Shown piece by piece: positions 37,365 to 49,775 of a stretch of DNA of 64,000 nt (position 1 is its first letter; every line of letters begins with the position of its first letter). The DNA is from Macrostomum lignano (Eukaryota). Both the position numbers and the translations under genes were made by a program. The stretch covers positions 1 to 64,000 of the forward strand of contig NIVC01003380.1 of NCBI GenBank assembly GCA_002269645.1, given 5' to 3'. The notes under the pieces were generated by a model. It made no database searches, was not told where the DNA came from, and saw nothing but the letters and a program-made list of their open reading frames with translations.

Positions 37365-38750
37365 TGTCGAGTTCCCAGCAGCTAGTTGACGCCATCATAT
37401 CGTTGTATGGTGATACGCTGTGGTGACGGCAGACGGCTTGTCTGACCTTGTCTGAAACTTCGTTTAAGAGTGTTACACAGAGCGACACATTCTAGCGCCG
37501 TTCCTCTTCGTGCTACTCCTGGCATGGATTGTGCAGCTTCCGAACGGACCCCCTTCAGCAGGCGACGGCTTCCTGCTGCGCAGACACATCGGTTGCCGCC
37601 TGAGCGGTTTTGTGCTACGCCGACGACCTTACACTCCTGTCCTCAACTGTTGATGGTGCACAGCGCTAGATTAAGGTTGGTCGAGGTGGCATCAAGGTGT
37701 CGGCCTATTTGTCTACACGCTGAAAGACCGAGGCGCTGGCATGACCATCTCAGCGAGCCGATATCCCAGCGGAGCTGACATGCCGCGGCGCAGACGGGCA
37801 GACGACCAACCTCGCGCGCTGTCAGCGGTTCGCCTCGCCGGTCTGATGCCCAACGTTGAGGACGAAATTCGGCGACGACGATCTAGATCGAGAGGACTTG
37901 CCTGGACGGCCTACCAGTCGATTCGCGTCATCCTTCAGTCCAAAGCGCTGCCCGATCGTCAGAGGGCTCGGCTGTTGAGACTGTGTTGCTCGACAACGCT
38001 GCAGAGACGTGGATGTTCGAAGGACGCTAGAATTCGCGCTACTGGATTTTGCGCTAATTGTCTTCTGCGCACCAGGATTTTGCGCGAATCGGAAGATTTT
38101 AGGCGACCTGAAATTGAATTTGACTGCATCATTTCTCGCGACTTACTTCAAGTGACTAGATTTCGTGCGACGTAGAATTTCGTGCGACTGGATTTTGCGC
38201 GACTGAATTTCGCGCAACCAGATTTCGATCGACTTGATTTAAATCCAGTCGTGTGAAATCCAGTCGCTAGAAAGAAGTCGCGCGCTTCAATTCCAGGTCG
38301 TGCGATTTCCAGTCGCCCAAATGAAGTCGCTCGAATGCCAGATCGCGCGAAATCCAGTCACGCGAAATCCAGTCGCGCGAATTCTAGCGTCCCGATGTTA
38401 ACGGCCACGCTGGAGCAACAGCTGTACAATTGGAGCACTCGGCCCGCGGGGCTGCTCTATGCGTTCAGGCTGACAAAAGCGTCCTGTCCAAGGATGTACC
38501 CTCCTGCAACGAGACGGCGACTCCAAATGACAGGCGGTACGTTATCCGGGCTATTGCCCAAGCCGAGGACCGAGAACACGGAGATACGTGAACTGCATCC
38601 TGAGCAACGTTGGGCCACCCGACACTGTCGATCAATGGGCCGGACAATTGATTCTTCGCCTGCTGACATGTCACCTGACACTCCCTCCACTGACTACTGG
38701 GGCGACTGCGTATTTTTGTTACTGTTGTTCTATAATTACCTACGAGTATA
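37365..38750 (+). pseudogene. 5'-truncated non-LTR retrotransposon (RTE-like LINE) reverse transcriptase remnant
   Basis: Frameshifted motifs PQQLVDAIISLYGD, GVL..DT.LAPFLFVLLL, CYADDL (YADD at 37616-37627), EIRRR..GLAWTAYQSIRVILQS and AETWMLTATLEQQL. Confidence 0.8.
38018..38394. mobile_element. MITE inserted in the LINE remnant
   Basis: TIR GGACGCTAGAATTCGCGC. 5-bp TSD ATGTT (38013-38017 and 38395-38399). Internal ACTGGATTT.GCGCGA repeats in inverted halves. Excision restores the codons AETWMLTAT. Confidence 0.8.
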
Positions 38751-41700
38751 AGTAGCCGGTTATTTTACAAATTCAAAGTTACAAACCCTTGTAGCTACGA
38801 AATCCTACAGTTTCTGACGTTTCAACATCACGCTATGCAAGATTGGAGACGTGCACTGAAGAGACAGTAAGGTCTGTGAAGCTGATTTTTTATGTAAACA
38901 CAGATTTCAGATGGTAAATTTTAGTTTCGAGCCAAAAATCCTTTTACATTCAACTGTTTTTTGCCAAATCGATCTTTTTGTTATTATTTTCTTATCGGGA
39001 ACTGGAACTAAAAAACCGCGGTCACTGGTCCACTAGGCTTCAAAAAGGAGGCGGTATAATATTTTGAATTTCCGCCGGCGTTGAGTTTGCACGAATTAAA
39101 GCCGGAAATCGCTCAGTTTAACTTTCCACGAGTTTTCTCCTTGATACTATATCTGCCGGGGTCCTCAATTCCGGGGGGAGGGTAGTTGTGGTCGTAGTCG
39201 AGCGGTCTTCGTTAGGCACGGTCGTTCAAATGGGGTCCTTAGACACCGAAGTTCAGTGTACGTCGAAAATGCTTAGCTGATTACTGTCAGTAGAGTAAGC
39301 GCTGCCACCACCGTAATTTACGTATTACGGAAAGTTGCTTTTCTCAGAGCTCGTGCGGAATTGAGATTAATTTTGTTATTTTACGCCCCACGGGCAAATC
39401 ACTTAAGAGAGGCTAATGTGCTTAAATAGGCGTATTTTATTGAGTTAAATTTAGTAAATTAGGATCGGAGTCAACCAAAGTAACAAACGAGGGATGACGA
39501 TAAACGGGGGAGCCGCGGTGCGCGAGGCTCGCTAATTAGGGATCAGTAAGTTAATTTTTTTGTAGCTGATTAAAGAAAGTCAAATAAGCGGTTAAAATAA
39601 CGGTAACTTAAATGGGTATAACGTAATCTTCCAGAGAGAAAAGAAGTAGGAAAGCAAAAACACCATGCGCACGAATAATTAAATAGGTTCACGTGTTTCC
39701 GGCGATGACGCAAATTGTACATCAGATGGCCGGGTGCGGGCAAAAGTTGGTGCACACCGCGGTCAACGCCTGGTGCATAACAAAATTACGGGGGTGGGGG
39801 GCATAAGCATAAATTACGAAAACCAAAAATTGGGATGACAAGACCAGGACTGGGAAATGGGGCGCCAAACACGGGAAAAGATGGGCCAACCCGGGACGAG
39901 GAATTGGGACGATGACGAAGGTGCAGACGTCAGGGTAGCACCTCAAGGTGGGGCCAAACCCCGGACGATAACGATCAAGTTCGCGCGAACAGTAGATTAC
40001 TTGAACGAGGTAAATGTAGCTCACACTACCACACTAGCACTTTACGTGTTTTTGACCATTTAAATTTTTAATTTCTATTTTCTTCAGCCCGTGATTCCCG
40101 CATTTTTTAGTCCTCCACTGGGACGCGTATAGTATAAGTCAGGCTCGTCTGCGAGATAACGAAAATCTTTCGTCATCTTTGGTGCCCGCAGCCGGGATCC
40201 CTCCCACCTCCACCGTCAGGACTCTCAGCGGTCCATCTGTCGGAGCCCGGTGTCCATTGTCCGGATTCGGCCCCCCTTTTCTAATTGCTCTTTGTTGAGT
40301 ATCAGTACTCGCCATTCGCGGGGCATTATCGCCCCACTGTCAGGCCCTCTAAAGTTCCCGGGATGGAACTTTCGCGCATTATTTAAACCCGCACTAAACG
40401 GGCTGACATGTAACTCTTCTTTCCTCTCCTTTTCATTTCTCTTTACACTTTTATGTTTTACTGCTTTGTGTTGCTTAAAATTTTTTTATGATGAGGACCA
40501 CGCACTTTTTCCAAATTTCACGCTCGCACATGGGCTCCAAACTTGCTAGCCTACTAAAAACAGGCTATGGGCGTTTTTCTCCTTTTTTGTAATTTTCCTA
40601 GAATTCATACTAGTTATATGACTTTGCCATACTTGTAGTTATAATAACATATGTGCGGCTTTTGGGTCATAAATCATTGCTTTCGAGCTGGTATGACAGC
40701 CACCTGCGCCTCACTCAATGCTGAGGCTGGCGCCAGATGGTCTGAGAGGATGCGGGCGGTAGCTTCTTTCTCATCATTTTGACAGGCCATCAAGATTTAT
40801 GAGGTCAGGGCCTATTGTTGTTCGTGTTTACTCAAGCGTGTGACAGCTTTGACAGCGATGCGTTTTACCCCTAAAAGTACCTTGGGATTAGCGATTTGCG
40901 ATTTCTCTTTATTATCTTAACTTTCTACTTAATAAGAGCTTCCTAATGTATACTTTTTCATTAATTTTTCTCATTCCTACGCGAAAGGTCATAAATCATT
41001 ATGTAGCGATTTTGAGTGGTTTATGACCGCACCTGCGTATTTTTATGGCCCCGAGCGAACTGATAGGATCTTCTGGTCACGTGAGTTTGGGTGGCAACAA
41101 GCTCAGCCAATCAGAAAATTCGACGTGCGTTATAACTGTTCCATTATAACAAATTGCGGTCCGGTTGGCGGCTATTTATACTGGTGTTTTTGGCCCGCTC
41201 GGACTCAACCTCCTGCTCCGCCTCCTGGGACCTTGGCCTAACTTAGACCTGCCGGTGCTCGACCGTCGTTTCTTGATCCCCGGATCGCGACTCCCCCCAT
41301 CATCATCAAGGACGAATCCCCCCGGTCGTCAGCAGCGAACATAAAGATTAAGAACATCACCTGCTAGCTATCTGCGAAGATTGTTACATCAGCATCATCC
41401 CGGGTCTACAGCTGCGAAGCACTAAGCCGATTCGGTCACTGTGGATTACCTGGTCTCCGGCTGTTGAGTTTCTGATTGGTTGGATGAGAGGCTACCTAGA
41501 CTTGCTTGATTGGGTGATCCCTTATCTGTCCCCTATTTTAGTAGCTGGATTAGGCGCACACTTTTGCTCATTTTGTTCAGCGGTGCTGTTATTGAGGCAG
41601 AAATCATTTAATACGAGCGTAATACTGATAGTAGTCTGATACTCCAATTCAATCTGAAGTGTGAAGTGATTTAGTGAGATGGTTAAATCTGGCAGTTATT

Positions 41701-43319
41701 GTTATCGGTTTTGTTTCTTTGTTCGCCGATGGCTCAGATGAGTAGTTAAGCTAGTAGGCGCCAGTCGCAGTGGACCAATGACAAGGCAGTCCTCAGTCGA
41801 TCAATCTATCAAATCAGTTAGCAAAATTGCCAATAGTGCAAAATCGGCGCTAGAGATGTCTGTGCACTCTAGGTTCGCCAAGCGGCTCAGGTAATGAATC
41901 ATGCGGTCTCTGATGTTCGAGTTAGCCTATCATCAGCGCTACGAGAGGCTAGTTGGCGCGTTGAAGGCCAAAAGTACAATTCCTCGTATTTAGCAATGTA
42001 ATAGTACATGTAGCTACCCCATAGTCTCGCCACTGCAAGAATCCCATACACAAGTCCCCTCTGTACCTGCATGGCCAATGCGATCTAGTCCCAGCAGTGT
42101 CCCTTATCATCGGCTATGACTTCGAGACAGGGACTAATTGAGTAGTCCCTGCTTCGAGATTGACAGCAAAAAGACACTAGTTGGCAGGTAAGTGCTGAGC
42201 CCCCTCTAGTCGGAAGCCCGATTTCGAAAGTTCCTGTTTGGTGAGCCAGAACGCACGGGCTGGAGGCAGAAGGTTAGTTAATCTGCGGATTGGCTAATCT
42301 CTACCTTCAAAATTCTCCCTGCTTGTCTCTCGCTGTCCCTCTCTTAGCTATAGGACCTAGACTGCTCGCCACAAGATCAAGCTACCATGGGGCTGACCAT
42401 CTGACAGGAGTGGGGGGCCAGGACTCTAATTGATTTATTTCTAAGACCTGAGGCCTGAAGGCTTCCACAAAGGAGTCGAAAAGGCCGAAACCCATCATTT
42501 AACACTACTTATTTTGTGACCCAGCGCAACCCTCTAGTTTTGTTTTGCACCGCGCGGCTCTGCCGAACGCTAGGCTCGCAGGACGGCTCCAGCAGTAAAT
42601 AATAAACTGCAATAAAACCTATTTAGCTTGTATTCTAATTTGATCATAAAGTTTAGCATCGTCTTTGAGTATCCTGCATCGGAGCATATTTAGCATCGAC
42701 TTGCCCACTTGGGCGTAAAAATATATACCCATTCTCAACCTGCTCTGAGAATTAACGGTCTGTAGTACGTACGTTAATTTACCGTGGTGGAAGCAACACG
42801 CTACCTGCGGTCGTATAAACTCTAAGATAAATATATTTTTGCAAGCCATATAAAAATTCCCAGTAGTAGTCTTTATAGTCCAAACTAATTAAGGGCTTTG
42901 GGGCATAACTAATTTATTAATCCAATAAGCACTCAGTTATAGTCAGTCCAGCGTCAACTGGCGCTGCATTTTAACACTGTATTTGGGGGAGAAAGCAATA
43001 ACTGCACAAACTTTTGAGAAATATATCTGAATGGAGCCCACAAGGACAACTTGTCAACTACACAAGTTGTCCTTGGGAGCACAAAATTGAGCAAAAACTG
43101 AATCAATAGCTGATAGCTGGGCAGAAAATTGGCAAAAAACATATATCACTGAAATTATTCTACTGTGTAAAGTATCAGTGGAGAATGAAGCGGAGCACAT
43201 GCAGATGTGTCGAAACTATCCAGGCTGCACTTTAGCTGCCAGTACGTATTAAACTGTTAATTCGTTCACCTGTTTCATATTTTTGGATGCTAAAAATAGA
43301 AAAGAACCGATCGAATTCA

Positions 43320-43810
43320 AACGAAAAATACATGTAGTTCAACGAACGATTCAATAGGGATAGGGTTAGGGTTAGAGTTTAACTGTGCCTTAGTTAGGGT
43401 TAGGTTATGGTTAGGGTTTGAGCTTGTGCCTTTTCGAGCTTGTGATGGTTGTTGCTAAATCAGTTTTTCGACAATATGACTTTTCGACGATGTGACTTTT
43501 CGACGATGTGACTTTTCGACGATGTGACTTTTCGACGATGTGACTTTTCGACGATGTGACTTTTCGACGATGTGACTTTTCGACGATGTGACTTTTCGAC
43601 GATGTGACTTTTCGACGATGTGACTTTTCGACGATGTGACTTTTCGAGTTAGTGACTATTGAGCTTGCGATGGTGATTGTTAAACTTTTCGACGATTTGA
43701 TTTTTCGAGCCTGTGACTTTTCGAGCTTGTGATGGTGTCTGCTAAATCAGTTTTCGACGATGTGACTTTTCGAGCTATAGTGATTTTTCGAGCTTATGAT
43801 GGCGACCACT
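43320..43810. repeat. Repeat element with TTAGGG-like motifs and a 16-bp tandem array (about 10 units, 43485-43646)
   Basis: GGGTTAGGGTTAG-like motifs at 43357-43420. Unit GACTTTTCGACGATGT. Confidence 0.8.
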
Positions 43811-43849
43811 TACTTAGGGGGGGGGGGGGGTCTGTCCAATTTGACTTGT

Positions 43850-44560
43850 ACTCGCGGCTGAAACAGTTGACGCTTGATTGCCGCCTTCAAGCAGGAATGT
43901 GCGCTCTCAGTTGGATTTAGAAAAGACACACCACGTGGTGGCAGCTAAACCACGCGCCATGTTCATTTCAAGCTGTTGTGGGATCCTCACCCCGTTGGGA
44001 AAGCGAGCGCCTGCATCCATAATTATGCAGAAATGCACGGTCGGCTGCTTTTCGACGCCTTTATTGGCCAGAATTGAGCAGCTCCTCGATGAACACCTGT
44101 AATTAATATGTCGGCAGTCAGTGTCTGGCTCACGATCGTATAGAGAACCAGGCCAAGATCCGGTGAAATTGCCTGGATGATATTCACTTACTGCACTCTT
44201 CGATCGTTGCGCATGTGTGTCTTGTCGATCCACGTACATGCATGTTAAATCCGCAATCTCGTCAACATAGATCAGATGACATTCAGGGGTCAGATCACAA
44301 AGTTTGCAGCTTCACCTTCAGCCATTGTGAAAAGAGGGCATGGGCGCTATCACCCCCTTTCAATTGCACTCACAGTCAGCTCGTACTTTTAGTTGCTTAT
44401 CTTGTCATAGCATAGGAGCCACCTGACGTGCTACGTGATCTTGTTCATCTAGCGCTTATCCTGCGGTGACAAAGCTCTCCTATCTTCCTCCAAAAGCTCG
44501 CTGCATGGCTTCCTATTCTTCTACCGTGTTGAATGTGTGCGCCGTTTGCTTCGAAAGCGA
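43850..44560 (-). pseudogene. Degraded Tc1/IS630-type transposase remnant
   Basis: Frameshifted LIYVDE..GFNMHVR, GNFT..LA, CIIMDAGARF and AAIKRQL, homologous to the fragment at 45010-45422. Confidence 0.6.
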
Positions 44561-44567
44561 CACCAGT

Positions 44568-45960
44568 GGGGTGTTTTATAAAGCTAAGTTTGATCTAAGT
44601 GCCAACTTACGCATGAACTTAGGGGTTGCATGTTTTATAAAGGTAAATGTGAGTCTTAGCTGGGAACCAACTTAGGTGCGACCCAGAGTAAGATAAGATT
44701 GAACTTATGGTCAAAGTGTTTTATAAAGATAGCATTCTATGGCTGAAAACCCCAACTTCGACCCTAACTTTAAGACACATCGAGAGCCTAAGTCATTTAC
44801 ACCTTTTTGCATTCAATTTTAACCAAAGTAGCATTCAATTTCAGCAAGCTGGCATTCAGAATCGGCAATCTAAATTTAGCCAACCAAATCTTCGTTCAAT
44901 TTAAGCATGCTCGCATTCCATTTCAGCGAACACATTCAATTTCGGCAATCTGCACTCAATTTAATTTTGAATGCAGAATGCAGAATGCAGGAGAGATTCG
45001 CCGAATTTCTGCAAATTGTGATGGGTAACGCTCAAATGGCCTGGCCGCACCAACTTGCATACCTTATTTTTGATAATGTCAGCAGCCATAATGACGCTGA
45101 ATTACAAGAGGTTGTGGGACTGGCTGAGTTCCGTTGACTCCCTAGATACAGCCCATTTTTAACACCCGTTGAGAGCGCCATCTCCGCATGGAAGGCGGCC
45201 ATTAAAAGTGAACTCAGTGACAGCCGCGAAGTTTTCATCAATCCATCCGACGAAACTCGCGCTGGGCGTACACTGGCTGAATATCGAAGGGACGAGCTGA
45301 TGCGCTTCGCCGATCTAACAGTGAACGACAGTGTCACTCGGGACAAGTGTCTCCAGTGGTACAATCACTGCTTCAGCTTTGTACCGAGATGCCTGGCCAG
45401 GATGCACATCAATGGAGACTGAAGGGCCACACTTCACGTGACTTCGATTTTCTGCTTCTGTTCCCTATGACACTGTACATGTATTGGACGACATTTATTT
45501 CGTTTTACGTTTAGCTAATAAAAATTTGCTGAATTTGAGTGCAGATTGCCGAAATTGAATGTGTTTCGCTGAAATGGAATGCGAGCATGCTTAAATTGAA
45601 CGAAGATTTGGTTGGCTAAATTTAGATTGCCGATTCTGAATGCCAGCTTGCTGAAATTGAATGCAACTTTGGTTGAAATTGAATGCAAAAAGGTGTAGTC
45701 ATTAGTAAATCCACTCGTCTTCGTTGCTTCAAAATGCTGGCAATTATTTTGGCCCGATGGAACAATGAGAGGCATCGAGTTCCACGAGTGTTTTGAGACA
45801 GGTAAGTGTTCTGTACGATATGGTTTAACTTGCCTGAATGCATGAATGGCTTCTAACATTCTTCTGTGACTTTCTAGGAGCCTTAGCGGACAACGAGTTA
45901 CTGAAACAATACCGGTTTGGAAGATAGACTACTGAGAGTTAAATCGATTTTATAGCTTAT
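44568..45960 (+). mobile_element. Harbinger-like element remnant (left end and transposase N-terminus), split by a Tc1 insertion
   Basis: GGGGTGTTTTATAAAG...CTAAG/AACTTA subterminal repeats at 44568-44790. ERHRVPRVF*DR, an intron, then ALADNELLKQYRFGR at 45770-45930, resembling the HARBI1-type N-terminus. Confidence 0.4.
44800..45695 (+). mobile_element. Internally deleted Tc1/IS630-type element (896 bp)
   Basis: TIRs of about 160 bp starting CACCTTTTTGCATTCAATTT. TA TSD (44798-44799 and 45696-45697). C-terminal transposase fragment LIFDNVSSH...LPRYSPFLTPVESAISAWKAAIK. Confidence 0.88.
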
Positions 45961-46092
45961 CTAATATGGGTTTCCCCACTGACTATACTTTCTCAAGCCC
46001 GAATGTAAAAAAGAATTTTCGAATTTGGCAATTTTTTCTATGGCTTGGATATGAGCTTTAGAGTTCTAAAAATAGTTGTCTAAGGTCCTACC

Positions 46093-47033
46093 CACAGAAC
46101 TTACACAGAATGCTCAATCAGCGATTTAATGAAATTAAACTGCGTAGAAATAGATATGCGTACAAACTACTAATCCGGTGAAGAAACATAAGTAGCCATA
46201 GACTATTACTCAAGTGTGTAGCACAAGACCGCCTGATTTATTAAGTCAGTAACCAGAAACCATGCAGCAATCGAAACGTAAAACGTGAAACGTAGAAACC
46301 AGTTAAACTGGAGCACAAAAAGTTTTGAAGTGATGCAACTCAAAAAGTTGGATAAAAAACGGACAAGTGTCATTAAAGCACAGGTTGGCGCAGACAACTC
46401 CCGATCTTTCGGCGAATAGTGACGCGGCTTGGCAGTTTAAATCCAATGTCTCGCAGGAAACGATGGCAACGGGGACTATAGTGGAGAAGTCCTGTTGCAA
46501 TTCGGAGTGACGAGCGTGACCACGTTGGTCGATTCCTGTTCGCATTTTTTGTTGATCGTTGATAAATGCGTTCACTAGAGGGCTCAAGCCATGGCACCGA
46601 GTTGAGGCGGAGGAAGAGTTGACACAGGAAGCTGCTTCCGTAGATCGCAATCTAAGACGCAGAGTTTTCATGCAAATAATATTAGTCACGATTCGACTAA
46701 GCTTACCGGGCACGGTTTGAAGGAAAGCTGTGAAACCTGGTTTCTGGTGGACAACGATAGGAATAATTTGGACAGCAATAGGCAGCACACTGTTTTCGCG
46801 ATTTTGCAGAAGGCATACTTCACTGCAGCAAAACCAAACATCCAAATTCTTTGTGAAAAGACAATGCTGCTGCAATTAATTCTATTAAATGAATATATCT
46901 TGTGCTACACACTTGAGTAATAGTCTATGGCTACTTATGTTTCTTCACCGGATTAGTAGTTTGTACGCATATCTATTTCTACGCAGTTTAATTTCATTAA
47001 ATCGCTGATTGAGCATTCTGTGTAAGTTCTGTG
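46093..47033 (-). mobile_element. Internally deleted P-element-superfamily transposon (941 bp)
   Basis: Perfect 136-bp TIRs starting CACAGAAC. Perfect 8-bp TSD GTCCTACC. Minus-strand remnants YCCPNYSYRCPPETRFHSFPSNR (THAP-like) and LLHYSPRCHRFLRDIGFKLPSRVTIRR (P-transposase N-terminal motif). Confidence 0.85.
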
Positions 47034-48632
47034 GTCCTACCTTCAAAATAACAAAACCAAAAGTGGTAAAAGTAAGCGAAATGTGGCGCCGCTGTATTCT
47101 GTGCCTGGTAACTGACCGCCTTCGTGTGGTTTTTTCGTCTTTGGGTCAGATAGATAGCTCTTCGATCGTTGCAAATAGGATACTTTCGCTGTTCGTGAAA
47201 AAATCCGTTTACACGAATTTAAAGCAACCTGGCTTGTGCTTGCCTCGAGTCTAAGTCTTAAGAACTTACATGCATGTACGTACGAGCTAGAAGGGTCTCT
47301 CTCAAATCTCTCCGCTTCCAGTGACTTAATAGAAATGAGACTTCTCTGACGATTTAAAGGCAGACTCAGTCCCAGGATCAAATGAGGCGAATAACAACGG
47401 AGGCAAATTGTGTAGCGGTAGCACTCAGACTTCTTAAACGCAGTCAATGTAATTGTTAGGTTATGGCCGATGGCGGAAATTTATTATGGTCAGATAGACC
47501 CGCTCGCTATAGGTTTCTGTCGGCAATATGAGAGTGGGACTGGGCCTGGTTGGCGCTGAATCCATGCTATGGTACTCTGGGCACTGCGACCAGGCAACAA
47601 AAATGGCGATGGATAGCAAATGGGCTACGGCGATGAAGTGGCGACGGTGAAGGCGTGGCGTGATTCCCACTCGGGACAGTGGCGTGACTTAAGTTCGGCA
47701 GGGTGGACTTGCGCGAGCAAACTTGGCAGAGGCGGAGAGGGAGAGCGAGAGAGCGCGGGCCGGAAAACAAGGGTAAACAAGGCCTAACCCCGGGCGCCCC
47801 AGCCAGACAGGACTGATAACGAGCCGGCTGGGGGTGGGTGCACCACAAAGCTTAATTTCAGGCTAGCATAATATATGCGTGGCTTTCCTATTGGCCGGCG
47901 TGAAAACCAACTAAAAAACAGGAATTATCGATCGCATTGTACGTACATAGGCTTTACGAACGTCACGCAATGTTGTTAAAATTCCTTGGGCATTACTATA
48001 AGCAGACGTTAGAATGCGAGACCATCAAATTAACAATATTATAGAATGGCATTGGCAACTGCTTTCGCTAAAACGGCCCTTGTCGGGGCCACCTCAACTG
48101 ACAACGTCACACTTCGTTTTAGGCTCTATCAAGAATTTTTAATACATATGCAGACAGCGCATACACAGCTGTGCGCCTTGTTAATTGCGTTCCAACTTCA
48201 TCATCCCTAAGCCAGTTTTTGCGCAAAAAATGCAGAAAAAAATGTGCATAGCTTTTACGGTCTACATGTGTAGGCAGTGTAGCTACTTTTGAATTGAAGA
48301 AGAGAAATCCAATTAAGGGCTCTCTTTGTTGAACCCACGTATAGGCGTATTGCCTGCTTTTCAAATGGGTTTTCATTCCTCCTTCTTTTCGTGGAATGTT
48401 CAATATTTAATGATCAAGGAACAATGGAGGCTGCCAATTAGAAGTTTTTCTGCTACCTGCATGCTGTATGCAATTTTTGGCACCAATTAAAAAACAATGG
48501 GACTGGGCTGGTAAGAATACCTATTGGCCCTTAGCTAGCAACCTCTCAATATAATCAGATACACTCGCCATCTCCAAAAAAGCAGAAAGGCTCAAATTGA
48601 AGTTTTACTCCAAGCGAAAAGTTTTATAAAAT

Positions 48633-49775
48633 ATGATTTTGCCAAGAGCCTTCGCTTTTTGTCTAATTTTCGGTAGGTATCTCTCGAATTAATAATCGCT
48701 TAAAATTTTAAGAACGTTACTTAATTCATAGTTGAAAACTTTTCCAGCAACATGCAATTCGACACAAAGCAAATTCTTCAAACTGGTAGCCGGGCCGTTT
48801 GTCATTGACGACTCGGTGAGTAGCGAGGTTTTCAATGTCACTGGCATCACCTCCAGCATTGACTGCGCGGCTAAGTGCCACGCGGAGGGCTGCTCAGTGG
48901 CGGTGGCTCACGAGAGCATCGGGCTCTGCCAGATGGCCATGGTGTACGAAGGTCACTCGGCCGGGAGTCGCGTGCAGAGACTGCTGGGCTCTGAGGCCGG
49001 GGCCAAGGTGTGGACGTTCGATACCCAACAAGCAACAACTACAACAACGGTAACTACTTCGCCGCCCGAAATAACATCAACAACAGCAGACCCGCCAACA
49101 ACATCGGCAATGGTTAACCTGAACTTCAGCAGAGAGTTTTTCAGTAAGCGTCTTTGTTAATCTTTAAACGAGCATTTAATAGAAATTGAAATTGAAAAAA
49201 TTCTAGTCTTCAGTGAAAAAAACTAAAAAAATAATAATGATACTATCTTTCTAAATTTCTGTGTTCAAAGCTTCTTTAGGATCTAGAAATATTACATTGG
49301 ACTCTATAGTCACTCACTTTTTCCTAAAAACTGAAAAGGATTTTTTATTGGGCATTAGCGTCAGCGTCAGCCCGGATCCAACAATCCCTCTATGAGGAAA
49401 GACGACCATACTATTGGCGGCTGCGGAGCCGGCTGGCTGGGCAAGGCTGTCAACGCCAGAAACTTAACGACTGATGGAGACCGGGGCGGCAGCTTCGCGG
49501 ACGGCTGGTTGGGCGGCGCCCCAGCCGATGAAGGCGGCGCCGGTGCTGGCGGCTTCGGCGGCGGTGGAGGCGGTGGGGGCAAAGATTTAAAAGATGATAA
49601 TAGCGGAGGCGGCGGCGGCGGCTACAGCGGCGGCGGCGCCGGCACTGCTGGCGACCACGGTGGCGGAGGCGGCGGCTCCTTCTGCGGCGGCAGCGGCTGC
49701 GCTGCCACCAGCGGCGGCAACACCGGCAGCGATCAGGGCTTCGTCAAGGTGCAGTCGATTCCGACTTGTGGCTGA
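48633..49775 (+). pseudogene. Paralog A of the secreted PAN plus glycine-rich protein, with exon 3 and the start of exon 4 deleted
   Basis: Exon 1 at 48633-48672 (MILPRAFAFCLIF, signal-like) and exon 2 at 48748-49143 (PAN plus Thr linker) are open. The last-exon sequence starts abruptly at about 49366. The nearby AG acceptors at 49358, 49364 and 49370 are out of phase. Confidence 0.75.

Larger units (their letters stand above)
36051..39018. repeat. Perfect 22-bp inverted repeat pair, probably subterminal arms of a decayed TIR element
   Basis: CGGTTTTTTAGTTCCAGTTCCC at 36051-36072 and its reverse complement at 38997-39018. True termini and TSD not found. Confidence 0.45.

Noticed and set aside
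42515-42540. CCCAGCGCAACCCTCTAGT as a Helitron 3' end
   Set aside because: No complete palindrome upstream of the CTAG.
47440-47860. GC-rich stretch with a PBS-like TGGCGACGGTG
   Set aside because: No second LTR, gag ORF or TSD, so not supportable as an LTR element.
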